Positions 41,771 to 49,851 of a stretch of DNA of 64,000 nucleotides are shown one piece after another. The notes beneath the pieces are model-generated. The model did not search any database. It worked only from the letters and a program-made list of their open reading frames with translations, and had not been told where the DNA came from. Position 1 is the stretch's first letter, and every line of letters starts with the position of its first letter. The translations under genes were made by a program, and so were the position numbers. Source of the stretch: Kiritimatiellia bacterium (GTDB lineage Bacteria; Verrucomicrobiota; Kiritimatiellia; RFP12; UBA1067); NCBI GenBank assembly GCA_017406465.1, contig JAFQYM010000004.1:10570-74569 (forward strand), given 5' to 3'.

Positions 41771-42961
41771 TCAGTCGCCTTGACGAAGCTTGTCTCGATG
41801 CGCGAAGAATATCCTCGTCTTGTTCGCAAGAGACTGCGCCTCGGGGAAGTTCTTCGGCGTAGACATCTTCTGGAACTCCTCGAGCGCCGCGCGCTGCTTG
41901 CGGTCGAGATTTGCAGGGACTTCAAAGACTATGCGTGCGTGCAGGTCGCCCGACGAACCGCCGCGCAACGACGGAACGCCCTTGCCGCGCAGTCGGAACA
42001 CCTTGCCGTTCGGCGTTCCGGCGGGAAGCGTTAGCTGCGCCGTGCCCTGAGGCGTAGGAACGTCTACCGTTCCGCCAAGAGCCGCAAGGACAGGCGAAAC
42101 TGGAATGTCTACGCCGAGATCAAGACCGTCGCGGTCGAAGATGTCGCTTTCCCTTACGCCGATATGCACGTAGAGATCGCCGTTCTCTCCGCCACGAAGC
42201 CCGCCGCCGCCCTTCCCTGCAAGCCGGAGACGCGAGCCGTTGTCGATACCGGCGGGAATCTTGAGCGAAATCTGCCGCCTGTTCGTGACATGCCCTGTAC
42301 CTCGGCACGCGCGGCACGGCTTTTCAAGGACAGATCCCTCGCCGCCGCAAGTCGGGCACGTCTGGCGCACCTGGAAGAACCCCGAGCCGCCGATTACGAC
42401 ACCATGCCCGCCGCACGTCTTGCAAGTCACGCGCTTCGAGCCCTTCGCGGCACCGGTTCCATGGCACTCCTCGCACTGCTCGGGAAGCGTGATGTCTATC
42501 GTGCGCGTCGAGCCGAAAAGCGCCTCGTCAAAGTCGACGTCGAGACGGAAAGTCATGTCATCGCCGCGCCGCGGAGCATTTGGATTCGCCGCCCTGCGCG
42601 ACCTGCCGCCGCCGAAGAGATCCTCAAAGCCGCCAAAACCACCGCCGCCGTGTCCGCCGAAAAGATCGCCGAAAGCCGCGAAGATGTCGTCCATGCTCAT
42701 GCCGCCAGCACCATAGCCGCCGCCGGCGCCGCCCTCAAACGCCTGATGTCCGAACTGGTCGTAGCGCTGGCGCTTCTCGGGGTCGTGAAGGACGTCGTAG
42801 GCCTCGGCCGCCTCCTTGAACTTCTCCTCGGCCGCCTTGTCGCCTGGATTGCGGTCGGGGTGGTACTTCATCGCAAGCTTGCGGTAGGCGGACTTTATCT
42901 CGTCCGCCGTCGCAGTCTTGGCAACTCCAAGCACCTCGTAATAATCTCTTTTATCCGCCAT
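41771..42961 (-). CDS. dnaJ: Molecular chaperone DnaJ
   Basis: The J-domain is DYYEVLGV...YHPDRNP. It also has a G/F-rich region and four CxxCxGxG zinc motifs. Confidence 0.95.
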   Translation of the reverse strand: MADKRDYYEVLGVAKTATADEIKSAYRKLAMKYHPDRNPGDKAAEEKFKEAAEAYDVLHDPEKRQRYDQFGHQAFEGGAGGGYGAGGMSMDDIFAAFGDLFGGHGGGGFGGFEDLFGGGRSRRAANPNAPRRGDDMTFRLDVDFDEALFGSTRTIDITLPEQCEECHGTGAAKGSKRVTCKTCGGHGVVIGGSGFFQVRQTCPTCGGEGSVLEKPCRACRGTGHVTNRRQISLKIPAGIDNGSRLRLAGKGGGGLRGGENGDLYVHIGVRESDIFDRDGLDLGVDIPVSPVLAALGGTVDVPTPQGTAQLTLPAGTPNGKVFRLRGKGVPSLRGGSSGDLHARIVFEVPANLDRKQRAALEEFQKMSTPKNFPEAQSLANKTRIFFAHRDKLRQGD

Positions 42962-42967
42962 ACCTAA

Positions 42968-43609
42968 TCACTTTTCCCCGCCGGGCTTGCCAGACGACAC
43001 AACGACCTGCGCGGCCCGCAGGACCTTGTCCTTCAGCATCCAGCCCTTCTTCGACTCGATCGAGACCTTGCCCTCGGGGACATCGGGCGACGGGAGCGTC
43101 GCAATCGCCTCCATCTTCTCGGTGTCGAGCTCCTTGCCAACAGAATCGAACGGCTCTGCGCCATGATCCTTGAGCGACTTGAGAAGCGTGTCGTATACGA
43201 GCTGAACGCCCTTGACGAAGGGATCGTCAGACTTCTCCTTGGCGTTCGCAAGCGCGAGCGCGAGATTGTCCACAACTGGGAGAATGTCCTTGAGGATATC
43301 CATCTCGGCATAGCGGTAGGTGTCTTCGCGGTCGCGCGCCGCGCGCTTCTTGTAGTTGTCGAAGTCGGCGAGAGTGAGCGCATAAAGCGCCTTCCAGTCG
43401 GGCTCTGCGGGCTTTTCAGGGTCGGCCGGTTTTTCGGGCTCCGCGGGCTTCTCCTCGGCCGGCTTTTCGGCTTCGCCTGGCTTTTCGGCCTCGTCGGCCT
43501 CGCCGGTCCCTTCACCCTCTGCGGGCGGGACGGGCGTTTCCGGCGGGACAGGCGTCTCGTCGGACTCAGCCGCCTTTTCGACTTCTTCTTTTTTCTTTTC
43601 TTCAGCCAT
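42968..43609 (-). CDS. grpE: Nucleotide exchange factor GrpE
   Basis: I prefer the start MAEEKKKEE at 43607-43609. The GrpE core is DFDNYKKRAARD...VVDNLALAL. Confidence 0.9.
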   Translation of the reverse strand: MAEEKKKEEVEKAAESDETPVPPETPVPPAEGEGTGEADEAEKPGEAEKPAEEKPAEPEKPADPEKPAEPDWKALYALTLADFDNYKKRAARDREDTYRYAEMDILKDILPVVDNLALALANAKEKSDDPFVKGVQLVYDTLLKSLKDHGAEPFDSVGKELDTEKMEAIATLPSPDVPEGKVSIESKKGWMLKDKVLRAAQVVVSSGKPGGEK

Positions 43610-43640
43610 GATACCTTCTACTTTTCGCAGGGTGGACGTT

Positions 43641-43735
43641 CGACAACCGACTGCCGACAACTGCTGCGACTTACGACTTTACGACAACCGCCCTCTGCGA
43701 GAAACTTTACACTTTACACTTTAAACTTTAAACTC
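43641..43735. repeat. Two adjacent heptanucleotide repeat blocks: CGACAAC-type (43641-43688) and TAAACTT/TACACTT-type (43701-43735)
   Basis: First block: cgacaac cgactgc cgacaac ... cgactta cgacttt. Second block: gaaactt tacactt tacactt taaactt taaactc. The second block starts at the argG stop codon. Confidence 0.9.
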
Positions 43736-44960
43736 GAATCTGCCCTGCCTTGGCGAGCATCTTGGCCTCGACCGACTGAATCTCGGCAAAGCCCTGGGAG
43801 CTGTGCGGGTTCAGGCCGTTCGACGCTTCCATGGAGCTGTCGGCTTCGTTGTAGATCGTCGCCTTGAGACCCTTGAGTGCCTCAAAGAAGATGTTACCCT
43901 TGTAGAGCCCGAGCGTGACGTCGGCCGTCGCCTTGTCGGCCCACACCTGAATCGCCGCGCGCGCCGCCTGCGTTGCAGGGTCGAACCAGCGACCGTCGTA
44001 GATCTGATCTGCGACGAACTTGGAGAGCTCCTGGAACATCTTCGTGGAACGACGGTCCATGATTCCCTCGTAGATGAACTTGAGGCCCCACGAGAGGACT
44101 TCCATTCCGGGCGCCTCGTAGACGCCGCGCGACTTCGTGCCAATAATGCGGTTCTCAAGTGCATGCTTCATGCCAATACCGTTGCGACCGCCAATCTTGT
44201 TCGCCGCAAGCATGACCTGGTAGGGCGTCATCTTCTTGCCGTTGATCGCGACGCAGCGGCCCTTGACGAATGAAAGCCTGATCTTCTCAACCTTGTTCGG
44301 CGCCTGCTCGGGCCACACGCCCATCGTGGGCTTCACGATGCGCATCGAAGTCTCCATCGATTCGAGGTCTTCCGCCTCGTGCGAGAGCCCCGCGAGGTTA
44401 GCGTCGGTAGAGTATTTCTTCTTCGTGCCGACAAACGCGACGATGCCGCGCTTCGCGAGGAACTCGACCATCTGCGTGCGGCCGGGGAACTTCGCGAGGA
44501 GGTCGGCGTCGCGCCACGGAGCGTAGACGCCGAACTTCGGGTCCATAACGTTCGTGTAGCGCTCAAAGCGCATCTGGTCGTTGCCGCGGCCCGTCGCGCC
44601 GTGGACGAGGGCGACGCAACCCGCCTTCTTCATCGCGGGGAGGAGCTTCTGCACAGTGACCGCCCGCGCGATGCCGGTCGAGTTCCAGTAGCCGCCGTCG
44701 TACATCGCCTGGCACTTCACCGTCTCAAAGCAGATGTCGGCCATTTCCTTCGTAACGTCGACGATCGTCGTCTGGACGCCCGTGGGCGCCATCTTCTTCT
44801 TGATGTCGTTGATATTCTTTTCGTCGGGCTGGCCGACGTTCGCGCTGAACGCCTTGACCTTGACGCCCGCGTCCTTGAGGACGCAGCAGATTGTCTTCGA
44901 GTCGAGTCCGCCCGAAACGCAGACACCGACAGTCTTCCCCTTGAGATCAGCAAGTTTCAT
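43728..44960 (-). CDS. argG: Argininosuccinate synthase
   Basis: I prefer the start MKLADLKGKTVGVCVSGGLDS at 44958-44960 (GGAAGGAGAG RBS). The ATP-PPase motif SGGLDS is present. Confidence 0.9.
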   Translation of the reverse strand: MKLADLKGKTVGVCVSGGLDSKTICCVLKDAGVKVKAFSANVGQPDEKNINDIKKKMAPTGVQTTIVDVTKEMADICFETVKCQAMYDGGYWNSTGIARAVTVQKLLPAMKKAGCVALVHGATGRGNDQMRFERYTNVMDPKFGVYAPWRDADLLAKFPGRTQMVEFLAKRGIVAFVGTKKKYSTDANLAGLSHEAEDLESMETSMRIVKPTMGVWPEQAPNKVEKIRLSFVKGRCVAINGKKMTPYQVMLAANKIGGRNGIGMKHALENRIIGTKSRGVYEAPGMEVLSWGLKFIYEGIMDRRSTKMFQELSKFVADQIYDGRWFDPATQAARAAIQVWADKATADVTLGLYKGNIFFEALKGLKATIYNEADSSMEASNGLNPHSSQGFAEIQSVEAKMLAKAGQIRV

Positions 44961-44993
44961 AGTTTTGTCTCTCCTTCCGAAATTTGAACGAAT

Positions 44994-45002
44994 ATTATAC
45001 CA
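44994..45002 (-). promoter_or_regulatory. Extended -10 element TGGTATAAT upstream of argG
   Basis: Perfect 9-mer about 35 nt upstream of the argG ATG. Confidence 0.55.
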
Positions 45003-45048
45003 CAATTTTGCGCACTTGGCGCAAGGGCAACCATAACTATCAAGGATT

Positions 45049-45096
45049 ACAAATGATGCGCCCGTCACGGCTTCGCCGCGCCGGCGCATCATTTGT
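45049..45096 (-). terminator. Perfect 14-bp inverted repeat (ACAAATGATGCGCC ... GGCGCATCATTTGT) with a 20-nt loop
   Basis: Read directly. It lies between the rsmD stop and the argG promoter and could be a terminator or an operator. Confidence 0.35.
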
Positions 45097-45181
45097 GTAC
45101 GTGTTTTTATGCCGCCGCCGAACAAACTACATCTATGCTAAATGTCGACGATGCCGCCGCCGAGGGCCTTGTAGAGCGCAA

Positions 45182-45760
45182 TCAGGTTGACGGTAATCTG
45201 GCCGCGGGCTGGTCGACGAGGCGCCAGACGCAGATGCGTGTGCGGCCGTAGGAACGGTCGCGAAGAAGCTCCCAGCGCGGCGCATCTGCCACGGACTGCA
45301 CTGCCGTCATTTCGGCGGCGAAAAGCCCGCCTGGGCGGACGACTCCGCGAGCGGCAAGAGTCTCAAGAACAGACGCATACCCCTTCTCTTCGCCAAGCGC
45401 ATACGGCGGGTCGGCATACACGACGGAAAAGCCGGGGCCGGAATAGGCGGCGATCCACCGATATACATCGGCAAGGATGCAATTTGCAGTCGTGATGCGC
45501 AAGGTGGAAAGGTTTTCCTTTAGGACCGCCATGTGGCGGCGGTCTTGCTCGACGAATGTCGCGGACTTAGCGCCACGCGAGAGCGCCTCTATGCCTACCG
45601 CGCCGGAACCCGCGAAGAGATCGAGAAAGTCAGACCCTGGAACTTCGCACTGGATGATATTAAAAAGCGCCTGCCTCACGCGGTCCTGCGTCGGGCGAAC
45701 GGCGTCCGTTTTCGGGACCTTCAATATCCGCCCGCAGAACTCGCCGCCCGTGACCCTCAT
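45182..45760 (-). CDS. rsmD: 16S rRNA (guanine966-N2)-methyltransferase
   Basis: I prefer the start MRVTGGEFCGR at 45758-45760, which overlaps the queD stop (ATGA). Motifs are DLFAGSGAVGIEALSRG and VYADPPY. Confidence 0.85.
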   Translation of the reverse strand: MRVTGGEFCGRILKVPKTDAVRPTQDRVRQALFNIIQCEVPGSDFLDLFAGSGAVGIEALSRGAKSATFVEQDRRHMAVLKENLSTLRITTANCILADVYRWIAAYSGPGFSVVYADPPYALGEEKGYASVLETLAARGVVRPGGLFAAEMTAVQSVADAPRWELLRDRSYGRTRICVWRLVDQPAARLPST

Positions 45761-46173
45761 GGCTCCCTGCACTCCGCGCAGCTGTCGGCCGTCTCCCAGA
45801 CCTTCACGGCGAAAAGTCCGGGGATCCGCGACTTGAGCTCGCCGAAGAAAAGCTTCGCGAGGTTCTCGGCAGTGGAGCGGAAAGGTATCGCCGCCGTGCG
45901 CATGCCGTACCGCTCGACGACAGCGGCAATCTCGCGCTCGCCCTCGCTCTCGGTGTTGTAGATGAACGCGTGGTCAAAGCGCTCGCAGACGACCTCGGTT
46001 GCGATCCTCTTGAGGTCCTTGAAGTCGATCACCATGTCCTTAGTGTCGCCTGCGGGCTGCGCGACCGTCACGTCCACGCGGTAGGTGTGGCCGTGCAGGT
46101 TCTTGCAAAGCCCCTGGTGGTTCGTGAGAACGTGCGCGGCGTCGAACTTGACAGTCTTCGTTACAGTAACCAT
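45757..46173 (-). CDS. queD: 6-carboxy-5,6,7,8-tetrahydropterin synthase
   Basis: 138 aa. The sequence FDAAHVL...CKNLHGHTYRVDVTV is typical of QueD. Confidence 0.9.
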   Translation of the reverse strand: MVTVTKTVKFDAAHVLTNHQGLCKNLHGHTYRVDVTVAQPAGDTKDMVIDFKDLKRIATEVVCERFDHAFIYNTESEGEREIAAVVERYGMRTAAIPFRSTAENLAKLFFGELKSRIPGLFAVKVWETADSCAECREP

Positions 46174-46179
46174 GACAAA

Positions 46180-46188
46180 ATTATACCA
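46180..46188 (-). promoter_or_regulatory. Extended -10 element TGGTATAAT, 6 nt upstream of the queD ATG (leaderless)
   Basis: TGGTATAAT-TTTGTC-ATG with no room for an SD. Confidence 0.6.
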
Positions 46189-46190
46189 TT

Positions 46191-47258
46191 TTACGCGAGG
46201 CGGCGCGACGCGAACATCGAAAGCGACACGGCGAGAAAGACGAGGACCGCACCAGCAAAGAGGAATGCGGCGAAATGCTCGTCCCAGCGGTCGTAGGCGT
46301 CGGCGTCAAGCTTCGTCGTCTCAAGCTGGTCGATCTCGGCAAGCGCCTTCTCGAGCGAGTCGCGGTCATTGACCGGGAAGTACATCGCGCCTGTCGCGGC
46401 GGCGATTCCCTTGAGCTGGCGTTCGTCGAAAGTCATGCGGTCGGCGACGACTCCGTAGCGACCGTAGCCGTCGCGCACGAGGCGTGGCGTGCGGCGCAGA
46501 GCAGTGCCGATGCCGATGCAGTAGACCTTGACGCCCATCTTTGCCGCGGTCGCCGCGGCGTCCTTCGGCTCGACGACGCCGGTGTTCGATACGCCATCGG
46601 AAAGAAGAATCACGATCTTCGACTTCGGCTTTGCGTCCTTGAGACGCAGAAGCGCCGTTGCGAGACCGTCGCCAATCGCAGTGTTCGCCTCGTCCTCTCC
46701 GCCGATTGCGTTGCCCTGCGCATCGAAGACTGTCGAGGGAATCTCGACGCCCTTGAGCGCATGTAGCAGCATTTCGTGGTCCATCGTAAGCGGCGCGACG
46801 GTCGTTGCATAGGTGCCGAACGAGACGAGGCCGATCAAGTCGTCCGGACGCTTCTCGACGAACTCGGCAAAAAGCCGCTTAACCACCGAAAGGCGCGTCC
46901 ACTCTTCAAGCTTCTTCGATGGGTTCCTGAAGTCGGTGCCGGACGGCGCGAGGTCCAGGGCGTCCATCGATCCCGAGACGTCGACGGTCATCGCAATTGC
47001 AATCGCGTCGATAGACTTCTTGTCATGCGCCAGTGGAGTGCGAGGACGTGCCGCGGCGACGATGAGCAAGGCGAGTCCCGCAAGGAGGATAAACGGCGTG
47101 AGCGACGCGAGCTTCGCGCGCCAGCCCGCCGTCTTCGCGGGAAGGCGAGAGGTCGCAGAGAACCTTATCCCCGAACGCCGACCACGACGCAGCAGCCGCC
47201 ACGCGGCAAGGCCGAGCGGTAGCAGAAGAAGCAACATCCATGGAGTCGCAAAAGACAT
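46191..47258 (-). CDS. VWA-domain membrane protein (BatA-like)
   Basis: I prefer the start MSFATPWMLLLLLPLGLAAW at 47256-47258. The VWA MIDAS region is DVSGSMD. A C-terminal TM segment is present. Confidence 0.8.
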   Translation of the reverse strand: MSFATPWMLLLLLPLGLAAWRLLRRGRRSGIRFSATSRLPAKTAGWRAKLASLTPFILLAGLALLIVAAARPRTPLAHDKKSIDAIAIAMTVDVSGSMDALDLAPSGTDFRNPSKKLEEWTRLSVVKRLFAEFVEKRPDDLIGLVSFGTYATTVAPLTMDHEMLLHALKGVEIPSTVFDAQGNAIGGEDEANTAIGDGLATALLRLKDAKPKSKIVILLSDGVSNTGVVEPKDAAATAAKMGVKVYCIGIGTALRRTPRLVRDGYGRYGVVADRMTFDERQLKGIAAATGAMYFPVNDRDSLEKALAEIDQLETTKLDADAYDRWDEHFAAFLFAGAVLVFLAVSLSMFASRRLA

Positions 47259-47265
47259 GTTCTGT

Positions 47266-47274
47266 ATTATACCA
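47266..47274 (-). promoter_or_regulatory. Extended -10 element TGGTATAAT, 7 nt upstream of the BatA-like ATG (leaderless)
   Basis: TGGTATAAT-ACAGAAC-ATG. Confidence 0.6.
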
Positions 47275-47308
47275 CAGCGCGGCGTCGCTGCCAATGCCGC
47301 CTATCCAG

Positions 47309-47340
47309 ACAAAAAAGGCGCGGCAAATGTGCCGCGCCCT
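47309..47340 (-). terminator. Rho-independent (bidirectional) terminator ending the ribosomal protein operon
   Basis: The 9-bp GC stem GGCGCGGCA/TGCCGCGCC has a 4-nt loop. It is flanked by A6 on one side and a T-run on the other, and lies 23 nt after the rplO stop. Confidence 0.8.
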
Positions 47341-47362
47341 TTTTCTTGGATCGAGAGATGGC

Positions 47363-47800
47363 TTAGGCAACAGAGCCGCCGGCCTTCTCGATCTTCGCCT
47401 TGGCGGAGGCCGAGCAGGGAACCTTGACGGTGAGCTTCTTGGTGAGCTCGCCGTTGCCGAGGATCTTGATCTTCGGACGCTTGTTGTCGGAGAAGCCGGC
47501 CTTGGCGAGCGTCTCGACGTTCACCTCGGCTCCCGCCTCGAACTTCTTCTCGAGGTCGGAGACGTTGACGGCGAGCGCCTTGGCGTTGAAGCGGGCGTTG
47601 TTGAAGCCGCGCTTCGGCAGACGACGGACGAGCGGCATCTGGCCGCCTTCGAACGTCAGCTTGTGCTTGTGGCCCTTGCGAGCGCCCGCACCCTTGTGTC
47701 CGCGGGTGGAGGTCTTGCCCATGCCCGAACCGCAGCCGCGGCCGACGCGCTTCCTGCGCGAGCGGGCTCCGGGGGTGTTAGTCAAGTTATGCAGTTCCAT
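47363..47800 (-). CDS. rplO: 50S ribosomal protein L15
   Basis: Sequence GARSRRKRVGRGCGSGMGKTSTRGHKG and its position after S5. Confidence 0.95.
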   Translation of the reverse strand: MELHNLTNTPGARSRRKRVGRGCGSGMGKTSTRGHKGAGARKGHKHKLTFEGGQMPLVRRLPKRGFNNARFNAKALAVNVSDLEKKFEAGAEVNVETLAKAGFSDNKRPKIKILGNGELTKKLTVKVPCSASAKAKIEKAGGSVA

Positions 47801-47816
47801 CTTGTGATTCCTTTCC

Positions 47817-48308
47817 TTACGCGCGGATCGCCGCGATCTCCTCGGCCGAACGCAGCTTCGAGAGAGCGTTCATGGTGGCCTTGACCACGTTGAGCCGGTT
47901 CTTCGAGCCGAGGGACTTGCCGACCGCGTCGCGGATGCCGGCCGCCTCGAGGACGGGGCGCATGCCGCCGCCGACGATAAGGCCCGTGCCGTCCGGAGCG
48001 GGCTTCAGGATCACGCGGCCGCCATCGCAGACGCCTTCGACGTCGTGCGGGATGGTCTTGCCCTTCATGGTGATCTTGTGCATGTCCTTGCGGGCAGCCT
48101 CGCCGCCCTTGCGGATCGCGTCGGCGACCTCGTTGGCCTTGCCGAAGCCGACGCCGACCTTACCCTCCTTGTCACCGACGACGATGACGGCGGAGAAGCT
48201 CATGCGGCGACCGCCCTTGACGGTCTTGGCGCAGCGGTTGATGAACACTGTGTGCTCGTCGAGCTCGTCGCCCTGTTCCTGCGGACGCTTGTCACGATTC
48301 ATAGCCAT
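47817..48308 (-). CDS. rpsE: 30S ribosomal protein S5
   Basis: Sequence VFINRCAKTVKGGRRMSFSAVIVVGD and conserved gene order. Confidence 0.95.
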   Translation of the reverse strand: MAMNRDKRPQEQGDELDEHTVFINRCAKTVKGGRRMSFSAVIVVGDKEGKVGVGFGKANEVADAIRKGGEAARKDMHKITMKGKTIPHDVEGVCDGGRVILKPAPDGTGLIVGGGMRPVLEAAGIRDAVGKSLGSKNRLNVVKATMNALSKLRSAEEIAAIRA

Positions 48309-48310
48309 GG

Positions 48311-48670
48311 TTACTTGTCCTCCTTCTTCGCGCTGACGGAGAGACCGGCCTCGACGGCCGACTCGACGATAGCCGCGACGCGGCCCGTGTACTTGAAGCC
48401 GCCGCGGTCGACGACCACGGTCGAGATGCCGGCGGCCTTCGCGGCCTCCGCGGCCTTCGCGCCGAGCGCCTTCGCGACTTCGGTGTTGGCCTTCTCGTCC
48501 TTGAGCGTGTTCGCCTGTGCGAGGGTCTTGCCCGCATCGTCGTCGATGAACTGGACGTACATGTGCTTGTTCGTCACGCAGATCGACATGCGCGGACGCT
48601 CCGCGGTGCCGACTACGCGCTGACGGAGGCGCAGATGGCGCTTCTGACGCTGAACTTTGCGATTGAACAT
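48311..48670 (-). CDS. rplR: 50S ribosomal protein L18
   Basis: Sequence RLRQRVVGTAERPRMSICVTNKHMYVQ...VVDRGGFKYTGRV. Confidence 0.95.
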   Translation of the reverse strand: MFNRKVQRQKRHLRLRQRVVGTAERPRMSICVTNKHMYVQFIDDDAGKTLAQANTLKDEKANTEVAKALGAKAAEAAKAAGISTVVVDRGGFKYTGRVAAIVESAVEAGLSVSAKKEDK

Positions 48671-48693
48671 ATCTTAGCTCCTTGCGCCCTTGA

Positions 48694-49230
48694 TTAGGCG
48701 ACCTTCTTGCCCTGTTTGCGGCGGATGTGCTCGCCGACGTACTTGATGCCCTTGCCCTTGTAGGGCTCGGCCGGGTAGTACGAGCGGATGCGGGCGGCTG
48801 CTTCGCCGACCAGCTGCTTGTCGATGCCCTTGACCGTCACCTGCAGACCGTCGTTTTCGACCGTCACGGTGAGGCCTTCGGGGATCGCGTACACCTTCGG
48901 GGAGGCGAAGCCGAGCGAAAGCGCGAGCTCCTTGCCCTTCAGGACGGCCTTGAAGCCGGTGCCCTCGATCGAGAGCTGCTTCTGGTAGCCAGCGGACACG
49001 CCGATCGCCATCGAGTTGATCAGCGCGCGTGCGAGACCGTGGAAGTTGCCGTGAAGCTTGTCGTCGTCGCATTCGACGATGACCTTGCCGGCCTCCACCT
49101 TCGCCGTGATGCCTTCATGCATCGTGTAGGAGAGCTCTCCGAGCTTTCCCTTGACCGTCACCTTCTGCCCGTCGACCGTGGCTGTGACGCCATCGGCGAG
49201 CTTGACGGGTTCTTTACCGATTCGAGACAT
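48694..49230 (-). CDS. rplF: 50S ribosomal protein L6
   Basis: I prefer the start MSRIGKEPVKL at 49228-49230 (CAGGAG RBS). The C-terminus is EPYKGKGIKY. Confidence 0.95.
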   Translation of the reverse strand: MSRIGKEPVKLADGVTATVDGQKVTVKGKLGELSYTMHEGITAKVEAGKVIVECDDDKLHGNFHGLARALINSMAIGVSAGYQKQLSIEGTGFKAVLKGKELALSLGFASPKVYAIPEGLTVTVENDGLQVTVKGIDKQLVGEAAARIRSYYPAEPYKGKGIKYVGEHIRRKQGKKVA

Positions 49231-49246
49231 TGTCTTTGGCTCCTGA

Positions 49247-49639
49247 TTATGCAACTGTGCAGATTACCTCGCCGCCGAGCTTCTCCTTCTTGGCCTGGGC
49301 GCCGCTCATGACGCCCTTGGAGGTCGAGAGGATGACGAGCCCCATTCCGTCGAGGACGGAGGGGATCTTGCTGACGGGAGCGTAGCGACGAAGACCCGGC
49401 TTCGAGACGCGCTTGAGCTCCGTGATGGCGGGAACCGCCTTGTCGGAGTACTTGAGCGTGATGACGAGCTTCTTCGGGAATTCGGTCGTCGTGACGGCGT
49501 CGGCGATGTAGCCAGACTCCTTCATGACGCGGGCGATCTCGCCCTTGAGGTTGCTCGCGGGTGTCGCGACGGAGTGAAGGCGGGCCTTCTGTCCGTTGCG
49601 GATGGTCGTGAGCATGTCGGAAATGGGATCCATTGTCAT
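49247..49639 (-). CDS. rpsH: 30S ribosomal protein S8
   Basis: I prefer the start MTMDPISDMLTTIRNG at 49637-49639. The ORF-track N-terminal extension is an Arg-rich artefact. Confidence 0.95.
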   Translation of the reverse strand: MTMDPISDMLTTIRNGQKARLHSVATPASNLKGEIARVMKESGYIADAVTTTEFPKKLVITLKYSDKAVPAITELKRVSKPGLRRYAPVSKIPSVLDGMGLVILSTSKGVMSGAQAKKEKLGGEVICTVA

Positions 49640-49662
49640 TTCGGTGATTCCTTTCCTTTTGA

Positions 49663-49848
49663 TTACCACGAGGCCTTCGTCACGCCGGGGATGAGGCCGG
49701 CGACGGCGAGTTCGCGGAAGCAAAGACGGCAGACGCCGAACTTGCGGAGATACGCGTGACGGCGACCGCAGCGCTGGCAGCGGTTGTACGCGCGCACCTT
49801 GAACTTGGGCGTCCTCTTCTGCTTTTCAATGAGACACTGCTTTGCCAT
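49663..49848 (-). CDS. rpsN: 30S ribosomal protein S14, zinc-binding type Z
   Basis: 61 aa with [20 protein letters not shown]. Confidence 0.95.
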   Translation of the reverse strand: MAKQCLIEKQKRTPKFKVRAYNRCQRCGRRHAYLRKFGVCRLCFRELAVAGLIPGVTKASW

Positions 49849-49851
49849 GGC

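Noticed and set aside
43610-43727. Looked for a CIRCE/HrcA operator (TTAGCACTC-N9-GAGTGCTAA) upstream of grpE-dnaJ.
   Set aside because: No match was found. The region consists of heptamer repeat arrays.
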